54,333 nucleotides of DNA from a virus (IMGVR_UViG_3300038416_000116:1-54333), one strand, 5' to 3'. Counted from the stretch's first letter, positions 29,853 to 38,027 are shown. The notes: generated by a model from the letters alone, not told the origin. Translations and numbers: made by a program.

Positions 29853-30080
29853 ATGAACACAGCTACTAAAGAAGTGAAAGAGATCGTACAGACGTTGCAA
29901 AGGGTATACGAAGAAGATCCGTTCGCTGAAGCATTCGATACGGATCTGAAATCGTTTCGCATCGGTAAAGTGCCCTTCGAAGGAGTTCAGTTCGGACAGC
30001 TGCTGTGGGAAACGAACGGTAGATTAGAGTACTATCATGATAAAGAAGAGGGGGTGATATACTATCGCAAAGCTTCCTAA
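29853..30080 (+). CDS. Hypothetical protein
   Basis: AGGAGG SD. Confidence 0.6.
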   Translation: MNTATKEVKEIVQTLQRVYEEDPFAEAFDTDLKSFRIGKVPFEGVQFGQLLWETNGRLEYYHDKEEGVIYYRKAS

Positions 30081-30087
30081 GTCTAAG

Positions 30088-30240
30088 ATGTGTTGTATCC
30101 TAGATCCACATTGGGTATGGGAAGAAACAGGTGAAGGCCCTTTGTGCGAAGCTTGTTCGATAGTATATTGGAAGTCGGGAACTCATGGTGAATCCATGCT
30201 ACCTCGACCTCGCACTACGTCGTCAGAGAATAGGAGATAA
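30088..30240 (+). CDS. LCC-family microprotein (below cutoff)
   Basis: MCCILDPHW...LCEAC. Confidence 0.45.
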   Translation: MCCILDPHWVWEETGEGPLCEACSIVYWKSGTHGESMLPRPRTTSSENRR

Positions 30241-30246
30241 CCTCAT

Positions 30247-31359
30247 ATGGCCAAAGTACACGAAGCTAAGCTCCAGCTGTTCAAAATCATCAAGGCTGGG
30301 CTCACGGAAGCCGTACTAGGACTGGAAGGAGGCCCTGGAATCGGTAAGTCCGCGATCGTGAAAGCCGTTGCGAAAGAGATCGCAGCGGAGTCGGGAAGAC
30401 CGTTCGGATGCATCGACATTAGGTTGAGTCAGATGGCCGATGCATCGGACTTCGTTGGTATGCCTCGAACGGATACTGCATCAGGAACAACGGTGTTCTG
30501 TAAGCCGGATTGGTGGCCGGCAGAAGGAACGCAAGGCATTCTGTTCCTCGATGAGCCTAATCGTGGTGCGCCAGACGTCATGCAGGGAGTGTTTCAGTTA
30601 CTTACGGATCGGAGGATCCACACTCACAAGCTGCCTGATGGTTGGTTCATCGTCATGGCATTCAATCCGGGAGATGATACAGCACTGTCGATGAACGTGA
30701 GTACGACGGATGCGGCTTGGAACAGTCGCTTCATTCGTCTTCACGTGACTCATGATGTCGAAGCGTGGATGGATTGGGGGAAGAAGAACAACATCCATCC
30801 GACGGTGCTTCGCTTCATCGCAGTGCATCCGGAACTGTTGTATGCTCCAAAGGAATCGGGAAGCTTTCCTTGCCCGAGATCTTGGGAGTTCGTCTCCGCC
30901 TTCCTGGCTAAGGATGCATTCAGCCTGGAGATCCAAGGAGACATGATCAGAGGAATGGTGGGAATGGAAGCTGCTGCTACGTTCATCAGCTTCATGGATA
31001 AGGCAACCATCAAGCCTCTGGGAGCAAAGGAAGTCTTGGCCGGCTACGCCAACGGCGAAGTCGAACGAGATGGAAGGAAGATCAAGATGAGGGAGGTGTT
31101 GAAGGCTCAGCAGAATGATGCTACTGCTGCGACGTGCCGTGAGTTGGGAATGGAGTTGGGAGACGAGACAGGAACGACTGTCAGCAAGGAGGCAGAAGCT
31201 AACATGATCGCGTTCATGTTGGATCTGTCCGACGAGCAGAACATCGCCCTGTTGAAGAAGTTCAAGCGGCCTTGGCTTGCAGTGCTTGGACAAAGGTCTC
31301 CTGAGTTGATGAAGAGGATCACGACTCTTCTCAACAGCCTGAAGCCTAAGGCGAAGTAA
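30247..31359 (+). CDS. MoxR-like AAA+ ATPase
   Basis: GGPGIGKS, IDIRLSQ, ILFLDEPNR, SRF, PCPRSWE. Confidence 0.85.
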   Translation: MAKVHEAKLQLFKIIKAGLTEAVLGLEGGPGIGKSAIVKAVAKEIAAESGRPFGCIDIRLSQMADASDFVGMPRTDTASGTTVFCKPDWWPAEGTQGILFLDEPNRGAPDVMQGVFQLLTDRRIHTHKLPDGWFIVMAFNPGDDTALSMNVSTTDAAWNSRFIRLHVTHDVEAWMDWGKKNNIHPTVLRFIAVHPELLYAPKESGSFPCPRSWEFVSAFLAKDAFSLEIQGDMIRGMVGMEAAATFISFMDKATIKPLGAKEVLAGYANGEVERDGRKIKMREVLKAQQNDATAATCRELGMELGDETGTTVSKEAEANMIAFMLDLSDEQNIALLKKFKRPWLAVLGQRSPELMKRITTLLNSLKPKAK

Positions 31360-31371
31360 TGATAGTGCCTA

Positions 31372-31392
31372 CTAAAGGTCCAATCCCTTTAG
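31372..31392 (+). repeat. Hairpin motif copy 1 (AAGG-TCCAATC-CCTT)
   Basis: CTAAAGG TCCAATC CCTTTAG. Confidence 0.7.
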
Positions 31393-31422
31393 ATAGGTCG
31401 TACAAAATAGAACGGAGGTAAT

Positions 31423-31680
31423 GTGAAACAGAAAAGGCATCAAATAGGAAGAAAGTGCAAGCCGCTGTGCGATCTATGTGGTTATGAAGAGATGGGAGCA
31501 CGCATTGCCAAAGAGCCTATCATCATCAAAGAAGTTAAAAGATTATCATCTCTACCAGCCAAGAAGTTATGGGTAGAGTTAAAGAAGAAAGATAGCCTTT
31601 GGTTGATGACGTTAGGCATGTCGCGGGGAGGATTGGAACTTCGTAACAAGATACTAAAGTACAAACAGGAGGTGCTATGA
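31423..31680 (+). CDS. Hypothetical basic protein
   Basis: GGAGG SD, CxxC. Confidence 0.5.
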   Translation: MKQKRHQIGRKCKPLCDLCGYEEMGARIAKEPIIIKEVKRLSSLPAKKLWVELKKKDSLWLMTLGMSRGGLELRNKILKYKQEVL

Positions 31681-31700
31681 TCGAAGGCGAAGTAAAATAA

Positions 31701-31739
31701 GTAACAACAAAGAAGGTCCGATCCCTTCCGAGTTGTTAC
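31701..31739 (+). repeat. Hairpin motif copy 2
   Basis: GTAACAAC aaa GAAGG TCCGATC CCTTC cga GTTGTTAC. Confidence 0.7.
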
Positions 31740-31916
31740 ATCTAAGGAGGATACAATGAGAAAACCTGAGGAGTGGGAATGTGGTGCGATTAAACGAATA
31801 GGAATGTCTGAAGAGTTCTACGTATGCTCTAGACCTTCTGATCATCTTGGCCTATGTCAAGACAACATGGGCTCATGGAAGAAAGAAGAACTTATTCCAA
31901 TTAGCAAGGAGATCAA

Positions 31917-32174
31917 ATGACTAACACTGAAAAGATGTTAAATCAGATTGATGACTTAGTTATCAATGAAGCTGACCAGGATGTCGTTGATCCACGGAGA
32001 CTTGTAACGTCTGAGATCACGTTGTCTTATGCTAAAGAACTTCTTAAGAAGGAGGTAGCATTAAGACTTGCGTACACGACAATCAGAGGTCTTAACAACA
32101 AGTGGTACGCAAAGTATTCTAACGATACTGCGTACATCCAGACGTTAAAAGATCAGCTACGAGCCTGTCGATAA
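31917..32174 (+). CDS. Hypothetical protein
   Basis: AAGGAG SD. Confidence 0.55.
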   Translation: MTNTEKMLNQIDDLVINEADQDVVDPRRLVTSEITLSYAKELLKKEVALRLAYTTIRGLNNKWYAKYSNDTAYIQTLKDQLRACR

Positions 32175-32209
32175 CTAACTGTATTAGTTAGAAGAACGAA
32201 GGAGCTCAC

Positions 32210-32629
32210 ATGCCTTGGAATCAAAAGAAGAAAGAATACTCAGAACGGTATCGTAAAGAAGGTAGGCGTAAGAAGTACGACGAAAAGTATAACGCTGACT
32301 ACTTCCAGAAGCATAAGGAGAAGAGCGTTAAGAAGAGTACCAAGTATGCAGACGATAGACCTTTATATCGAACTTGGTATAGTATGAAGACGAGATGTCT
32401 TAACGAGAAACATGAAGCCTATCCTAACTATGGAGGAAGAGGTATCAAGGTGTGCGACCGTTGGATGAAGTTTGAAAACTTCGAGGAGGATATAAACAAA
32501 CTAATAGGACCTCGGCCAGAAGGAATGACTCTTGATAGAGTCAACAACGATGGTGACTACGCTCCTGGTAACGTTCGTTGGGCTACTAGGATCGAGCAGA
32601 GGGCTAATCGTCGTAAGGAGGTTATATGA
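32210..32629 (+). CDS. HNH-family homing endonuclease-like protein
   Basis: WYSMKTRC...YGGRGIKVCDRW...RPEGMTLDRVNNDGDYAPGNVRWAT. Confidence 0.8.
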   Translation: MPWNQKKKEYSERYRKEGRRKKYDEKYNADYFQKHKEKSVKKSTKYADDRPLYRTWYSMKTRCLNEKHEAYPNYGGRGIKVCDRWMKFENFEEDINKLIGPRPEGMTLDRVNNDGDYAPGNVRWATRIEQRANRRKEVI

Positions 32630-33810
32630 TTGAAGGGGAAGATAAGATTAGTAAGGCTCTTATCTACTTAATGCAATCGAATGGTGCATTCTACGCCGAA
32701 TTGTTTATCCGTATGATCAGGATCGAAGGCAAAGAGACGTTGCCTCCAGATGCCTTACTAGCTGTACTTCCAACGAACGGACGCATCTATCTGTACACTG
32801 ATGTGAATCGTTTGAAGGATATGTCCATCGAACAGGTAGCGAAGGGACTAGAGCACGAAGCACTACACATCGTAATGGATCACGCTTCCAGACGTTGTGA
32901 TCGTAATCCATTGGGATGGAACTACGCAGGTGATCTGGCAATCAATAGCCTGATCAAAGACATGGACATAGGATTAATACCTGGCAAAGGACAGTTCGCG
33001 AACTTCCCGAAGATGAAGTCAGCGGAAGAGTATTTCGAACTGTTGAAGCAGATGAGTCAGGATCAAGCGGGAAAGGGAAGTAAGTGTAATTCCCATTCCG
33101 CTCACGGCAAGAAAGCTCCTGGTCAAGGAGAGGGAGAAGATCAGGAGACGTCAGACTTCGATAAGGAGGTAATGCGAAAAGCAGCACAAGAAGCTAAAGA
33201 CTCAGCTGATAAGTACGATCAACGAGGCAGGCTTCCTGGAGACATCGAGAAGATCGTTAACGACTTCTTGAGACCTCCTACAGTGAACTGGAAGCAAGTC
33301 TTGAGACAGAAGATCGCAGCGACGGTCAAAGCGAACACGAAGAGGACGTGGCGCAAAGAGAATCGTCGCAAGCTGGATTACTTGAAGGGGAAGATGAAGG
33401 ATCGGATCCTTCGAGTAACGTTGGTGTTGGATACTTCCGGATCTATCTTCGGAGATCCTGAGTTGCTATCAGAGTTCTACGGAGAGATCAATGGCATCCA
33501 GAAGGTATACAACAGTGAAATGTTAGTCATCGAATGCGATGCAATGGTGGCTAATACGTACACACTAAGGAGTGGTCAAAGGCCTAATCCTTCACCGAAG
33601 GGTGGTGGAGGAACGAGCTTCAGACCTCCTTATCAGTGGCTGGCAGAGCATAAGAAGACAACAGACGTTGTTGTCTACCTGACAGACTTGTACGGAGACT
33701 TCCCTGAGAAGGAGCCCGTCAAGACTATCTGGTGCGTCTGTCCTGGAGGAGCGGATAAGGTTCCTTGGGGACAAATAGTTAAGATGACTCCGTCAGCGAA
33801 GAAGAAGTAA
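32626..33810 (+). CDS. Metallopeptidase-like + vWA domain protein (DUF2201-type MoxR partner)
   Basis: HEALH, WNYAGDLAIN, MIDAS DTSGS, GGGGTSF, YLTD. Confidence 0.85.
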   Translation: MIEGEDKISKALIYLMQSNGAFYAELFIRMIRIEGKETLPPDALLAVLPTNGRIYLYTDVNRLKDMSIEQVAKGLEHEALHIVMDHASRRCDRNPLGWNYAGDLAINSLIKDMDIGLIPGKGQFANFPKMKSAEEYFELLKQMSQDQAGKGSKCNSHSAHGKKAPGQGEGEDQETSDFDKEVMRKAAQEAKDSADKYDQRGRLPGDIEKIVNDFLRPPTVNWKQVLRQKIAATVKANTKRTWRKENRRKLDYLKGKMKDRILRVTLVLDTSGSIFGDPELLSEFYGEINGIQKVYNSEMLVIECDAMVANTYTLRSGQRPNPSPKGGGGTSFRPPYQWLAEHKKTTDVVVYLTDLYGDFPEKEPVKTIWCVCPGGADKVPWGQIVKMTPSAKKK

Positions 33811-33815
33811 ACTAA

Positions 33816-33853
33816 GATAAGGTAGCAAGGTCCAATCCCTTGCGAACCTTATC
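33816..33853 (+). repeat. Hairpin motif copy 3
   Basis: GATAAGGT a GCAAGG TCCAATC CCTTGC ga ACCTTATC. Confidence 0.7.
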
Positions 33854-33869
33854 ATATAAAGGAGGTAGG

Positions 33870-34175
33870 ATGAAAAAGAAATTAGCTCCGGAAGATTGTC
33901 TTGCTTGCGTCTTGCACCAACGAATTTCAGTCAAAGATATAATTGAACCGTTGATAGCTCGACGAGATAAAGCGTTAGAGAGAGCGGAGCGAGCGCCTAC
34001 CAATGATCATATCGAGAGTGCAGTTGTAAAAGCTTGGGATGACTTCTATGAAGCTGTAAATAAGACTGATGTCGAAAGAGTTTCATTCACTGACGACCCG
34101 AAAGAATGGAACGGATTATGGGATATGTATACCCATTCAGAAGAAGGAGTCATCTACGCAAAGGAGATCATATGA
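33870..34175 (+). CDS. Protein with CLxC leader
   Basis: DCLACVLH; AAGGAGG SD. Confidence 0.55.
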   Translation: MKKKLAPEDCLACVLHQRISVKDIIEPLIARRDKALERAERAPTNDHIESAVVKAWDDFYEAVNKTDVERVSFTDDPKEWNGLWDMYTHSEEGVIYAKEII

Positions 34176-34663
34176 CTATGAAGCCAATCATACCCGCACT
34201 TGTTAAGGCTATGAGTGATGAATACAAGAAGGATGCTCGAGAGAAAGGTCTTATGCATGATGACCTAGAAAAGAAGCTTCAACATCATAAGAGGTTCGAA
34301 AGCTTGAGAGCTGACTGGGCAGAGAAGAGAGTCAACAGTATCTTCCGAGAGGTAGAGAGATATGGAATTACTATCAAGAAAGCTGAAGTTACAGGAGGAT
34401 GGAGAGGGACTACTCTTAAGGCGATATACCAAGGTGTAACGATGGAAGGAGAATTACAGTATCGATCGATGGATATGGTGAGACCTTACAAGCCTTGGAG
34501 AAGACCTAAGATTGTAGCCACCTTCTGGATCTTAGATAGCAATGGCAATAAGTGTTATCTAGAAGGACATATCCCATCAGCGTTCATGATTGTCTTCGGA
34601 GCAAAGCGAATGCTGACGTACAATCGGTTAATGCCTGCAGTCTTGAATGCAATGGCGAGGTGA
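34172..34663 (+). CDS. Hypothetical protein
   Basis: AAGGAG SD. Confidence 0.6.
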   Translation: MTMKPIIPALVKAMSDEYKKDAREKGLMHDDLEKKLQHHKRFESLRADWAEKRVNSIFREVERYGITIKKAEVTGGWRGTTLKAIYQGVTMEGELQYRSMDMVRPYKPWRRPKIVATFWILDSNGNKCYLEGHIPSAFMIVFGAKRMLTYNRLMPAVLNAMAR

Positions 34664-34665
34664 TT

Positions 34666-35049
34666 ATGGAAAATAAACTGTGCTGTGTTCTAAGTCCTTG
34701 GAGCCCTAAAGCTAAGACATGCGCTTATCATACTCGTATGTGGGCGTATGGAAGTCTACATGGCTCACCTGAAGCAATGCAAGGATGGGTTCCTGGAGAG
34801 AAGTCTCTTCCAGCTAGGTTCATAAAAGTAATAGAGATAGTAGGTAAGGTTAAGCGGAATGCTTTCTACGACTCCGCGCAAGTATCTAACCTATCTACTA
34901 AGAAGGCAGGCTACATAGTAAGGGTCGAAGGAGGTTATGTTCTTACAGAGAAGGGTAAGAAGTATCTTAAGGATCATCCAGCAATAACTGTAGATGTTAA
35001 AGAATGGATGGAAACAAAGTCCTCAAAGGGAAGAGGCTACAAACAATGA
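34666..35049 (+). CDS. LCC leader fused to a winged-helix-like domain
   Basis: MENKLCCVLSP...CAYH...GYIVRVEGGYVLTEKGKKYL. Confidence 0.55.
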   Translation: MENKLCCVLSPWSPKAKTCAYHTRMWAYGSLHGSPEAMQGWVPGEKSLPARFIKVIEIVGKVKRNAFYDSAQVSNLSTKKAGYIVRVEGGYVLTEKGKKYLKDHPAITVDVKEWMETKSSKGRGYKQ

Positions 35050-35274
35050 GCGAACATGGAAAGTCGTTACTTAGGTTGGTAGCAGCTTGAGAACAACATC
35101 CTATAACAAATGGGTGACTAAGATGAGGAGGGGTTTTCTTTAGCTACACTAACATAGAATATAAGATCGCGGGCCCGGGTCGGGCGGGGTCCCTCCCTTG
35201 CGGTAGCCCTGGTCATTTGAAACTCGCACCTCCACCGTCACTACGTTCCGGAGTCAAATATCGCTGGCTCGAGA

Positions 35275-35875
35275 ATGTTTTACCGTCTATCAAAAAGCTT
35301 TTAAGCGGCTTTATGTTTTACCCAGGATGGGCAAAAGGTGTGAAGCGGCAAAATGTTTTACCTCCTAATTATACTTTAAGATTGATCACGATGTTTTACC
35401 CAGGTCAAACGTTGGGTCTTTAAGAATGTATTTCCCCTCATAATCGTGATGATATGTTTTACCTAGGCAAAAGATATTGCTGAGGTAATACATTCTCTCC
35501 TTCTCTCCTTCCCTATGTTTTACCTCCGAAACAAAAAGCGTTCTTTGGAGTATAATAAATCATGCCCTACAGTCTATGCTGTGCAATGGGTGAAGCACCT
35601 TGGATGTGTCGTTACTGTAAGACCGCGTACTGTGGTGACTGTACCATGCAAAAGGATAGGCCTGGCTACTGGGACCCACTGTGTAAAAAGTGTCAGAAGG
35701 CCGGGTGGAGGATATACGTCGGACTGCCCTTAGACGAGTTCATGGATCCTAAGTAACTAAGCCGGGCCTATAGTCTTAATTTTATCCCTAGCCAGGAGTC
35801 TGCCTTGAAAAGGACCAAGGTAGCAAAGATATTATCTTTAAGCTGAAGATCTAATGTTTTACCTGGGTAAAACAT
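35275..35875. repeat. ATGTTTTACC repeat cluster (operator/iteron-like)
   Basis: Exact copies at 35275, 35313, 35353, 35391, 35454, 35515, 35854; last forms perfect palindrome ATGTTTTACC-TG-GGTAAAACAT. Confidence 0.85.
35562..35756 (+). CDS. LCC-family microprotein
   Basis: SLCCAMGE...CRYC...CGDC...CKKC. Confidence 0.6.
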   Translation: MPYSLCCAMGEAPWMCRYCKTAYCGDCTMQKDRPGYWDPLCKKCQKAGWRIYVGLPLDEFMDPK

Positions 35876-35964
35876 AGTTTGTCAGATTTTAATAACTTTA
35901 AGCTTAGCCTTCAATGTTTACCCCGATCCCGAAACAATTTTGCGTCCAATTCGTATATTATATA

Positions 35965-36141
35965 ATGGAAGCTCGATTATGTTGCGTCCTGGCACCGACT
36001 AAAATTAGCAAGTGTGGAATGGTATGGTGTTGGGTCTGTTGGCTCGAAGATACAGACCATTGGGGCGTACTCGATGCCTCCGGATATACTGCCTCATGCA
36101 AAATTCGAGCTCCTTGCAACCCGCAACAAAAGTTGATTTGA
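35965..36141 (+). CDS. LCC-family microprotein
   Basis: RLCCVLAP...CWVC. Confidence 0.6.
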   Translation: MEARLCCVLAPTKISKCGMVWCWVCWLEDTDHWGVLDASGYTASCKIRAPCNPQQKLI

Positions 36142-36444
36142 TTTGTATAATATAAGAGCTCTTCGTCTATAATGGAGTTCCTATTAAAAAGAATAGATGC
36201 AGCAATCGGGACGGTTGCGTTTCTTGCCAGAAGATGGGAGCCCTGTGTAAGGGTTACGCCTTCGTGAAGCTGGCAGGAGGGTACGAATACCCTCTGTGCT
36301 ATAAGTGCGTCCGGGACTGCTGCGGTGTAGGAAGACCCATACGCGGCGAGACCTATGAGTTGCTGAGCCCGTTCTCGTTAGGAGTTGCAGGGACCTTTTA
36401 TACTCCTAAGCCAATCACCATGGCTATCTATCCGGGAGTACCTA

Positions 36445-36612
36445 ATGAAGATACCGCTAAAGTGGATAAGGAACCCTCTTAGACCGGTATCGATAGCTCT
36501 AACGGGTCTAGCTATAGGACTGTTCATCAGCGGCCAGAAAACAGATTCCGCGGAATTTATATTGCTATTAGCTATCTGGGTTGACGGGCGCTCAGGTATA
36601 TATAACGATTAA
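36445..36612 (+). CDS. Small membrane protein
   Basis: Two hydrophobic segments. Confidence 0.45.
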   Translation: MKIPLKWIRNPLRPVSIALTGLAIGLFISGQKTDSAEFILLLAIWVDGRSGIYND

Positions 36613-36715
36613 GACCCGTTACAAAAACCAATTTCATTCGTATAATATATTAGCGCAATGTGAACGCGCAAAGATCTAGACTTGATAAGTAACTCAGGTC
36701 AGAGGAGGTAGTACA

Positions 36716-37078
36716 ATGAGCGAGAAGAAAGCGTTTAACATCACCCCGGCCCGCCAGGTTATCCTGAACGGTCTTCGGAACGGTGGATTGAAGTGGTCCG
36801 CCTTGCGGGTGGTTTATTTCGGTGAGAACCGTGCGAAGGGGGGAGCGTCCACTGCGTTCCATATGCAGTTGACGAAGATGATCGAGAACGGTCTGGTCCT
36901 GAAGGATGCGGCCACGGCGCTGTATTCGTTGACCGATGCCGGAACCCAGGCGATCATCGATCTCGAAGGCAAGGGCGTTGACCTGAGCCTCGCGGTCACC
37001 AATGCGTCCAAGAATGAGCCTACCATCAAGGTCAAGGCTCCCAAGGCTGCTGCGACTACGGTCGAGGTGCCTGCCTAA
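36716..37078 (+). CDS. Winged-helix DNA-binding protein
   Basis: ILNGLRNGG.KW...QLTKMIENGLVLK...YSLTDAG; GAGGAGG SD; GC-rich codons. Confidence 0.7.
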   Translation: MSEKKAFNITPARQVILNGLRNGGLKWSALRVVYFGENRAKGGASTAFHMQLTKMIENGLVLKDAATALYSLTDAGTQAIIDLEGKGVDLSLAVTNASKNEPTIKVKAPKAAATTVEVPA

Positions 37079-37079
37079 C

Positions 37080-37250
37080 AGGACGTGGCCAAGGGCTGAG
37101 GCGTAAATCAACCCAGTTAGCCACGGAGTCCGAGAACCAGTTGGTTCTCCTCCGTGCACTATTTGACCGAAATCTGACATCGCTGGAACGATAATCGGAG
37201 TGAAACCTTTCCAGAGGGACTAGCCCATTGGTGGCTAGCGGTCAATTAAT
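37080..37250 (+). ncRNA. Putative structured ncRNA
   Basis: Stems CGTGGC/GCCACG, CACGGAG/CTCCGTG, GAGAACC/GGTTCTC, TTGACCG/CGGTCAA, CTGGAA/TTCCAG, CTAGCC/GGCTAG. Confidence 0.4.
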
Positions 37251-37254
37251 TTAT

Positions 37255-37338
37255 AGCAGGGAGGTGGCTATTGGCTTGCCACGGGAGTCTCATAAGCTCC
37301 AGCCGAAAGGCGTGTCAGTTCGATTCTGACCCTTGCAA
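37255..37338 (+). tRNA. tRNA with CAT anticodon (Met or Ile2), atypical
   Basis: Acceptor AGCAGGG/CCTTGCA, D stem GTGGC/GCCAC, anticodon arm GGAGT-CTCATAA-GCTCC, variable hairpin GCC-GAAA-GGC, T arm GTCAG-TTCGATT-CTGAC. Confidence 0.75.
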
Positions 37339-37408
37339 CCTTTACTCAACGGAGGGCTAGGCTGTAGTCCGGAGGTGATGCCCGGAGTCTAGCCTTCCAG
37401 AATTTGAT

Positions 37409-37475
37409 TCCCTAGTAGTTTAATGGAAAACACGAGGTCGCACCTCGGACGCAAGTTCAAACCTTGCCAAGGGAG
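37409..37475 (+). tRNA. tRNA-like element with aberrant anticodon loop
   Basis: Acceptor TCCCTAG/CAAGGGA, D arm GTTT/AAAC, CGAGG-TCGCA-CCTCG (5-nt loop), T arm GCAAG-TTCAAAC-CTTGC. Confidence 0.6.
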
Positions 37476-37603
37476 CCGATTTGGTTCGGAGGTATCTATG
37501 TGCATGGTCTGCGTAGATGAAGCTGCTATGGGCGTTGCTATCGTTATAGCATCGATGCCATGGTGGAAGGTTCTTTGGACAAAGCTATTCCATAGGAAGT
37601 AAT

Positions 37604-37768
37604 ATGGAAGATAACCTAGGATGCCTAATAAATGGGCATCATATAGATATTGATAGGCTTAATGCCTATTGCGTAGACTGCGGCAAAGAATTGGTCTGCA
37701 TGTGCGACGTAGAAAAGGATGCCCTTTGTAAATGGGTTCTAATTGAAGAAGCTTTTCCAGGAGCCTGA
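37604..37768 (+). CDS. NLGCL..GH-family microprotein (below cutoff)
   Basis: MEDNLGCLINGH...CVDC. Confidence 0.6.
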   Translation: MEDNLGCLINGHHIDIDRLNAYCVDCGKELVCMCDVEKDALCKWVLIEEAFPGA

Positions 37769-37769
37769 T

Positions 37770-38027
37770 GTGGAAACCAATCTAGGCTGTGTTCTAAATG
37801 GCCATGTAGCCCCTTCAGGACATTACCAAGGTAATGACGAGATAGGTTTCTGGTCTGTGTGCGAAAATTGCAGTAATTCCATCTATACACCCCCTAGTCG
37901 TATAGATCCGCAGTGGAACTGGGTAGAGGCGACGGTAGCTCCTCCCGCGGTAGCGGAGGCGATTGTCGATCTAACCCTAAAAGCTAATACAAATCGTGAC
38001 GTAAGAGACCGGGGACGCCGCCCTTGA
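37770..38027 (+). CDS. NLGCL..GH-family microprotein
   Basis: ETNLGCVLNGH...CENC. Confidence 0.6.
   Translation: METNLGCVLNGHVAPSGHYQGNDEIGFWSVCENCSNSIYTPPSRIDPQWNWVEATVAPPAVAEAIVDLTLKANTNRDVRDRGRRP

Noticed and set aside
35275-35524. CRISPR array
   Set aside because: Conserved unit is only 10 bp, spacing becomes irregular and no cas genes are visible; fits protein-binding sites better
28691-37180. Long minus-strand ORFs (28691, 30598, 36650)
   Set aside because: Antisense to well-supported plus-strand genes with biased codons
37255-37338. tRNA-Sec or opal suppressor
   Set aside because: Long D stem and variable arm are suggestive, but the 7-nt loop CTCATAA centres CAT, and the acceptor stem is 7 bp
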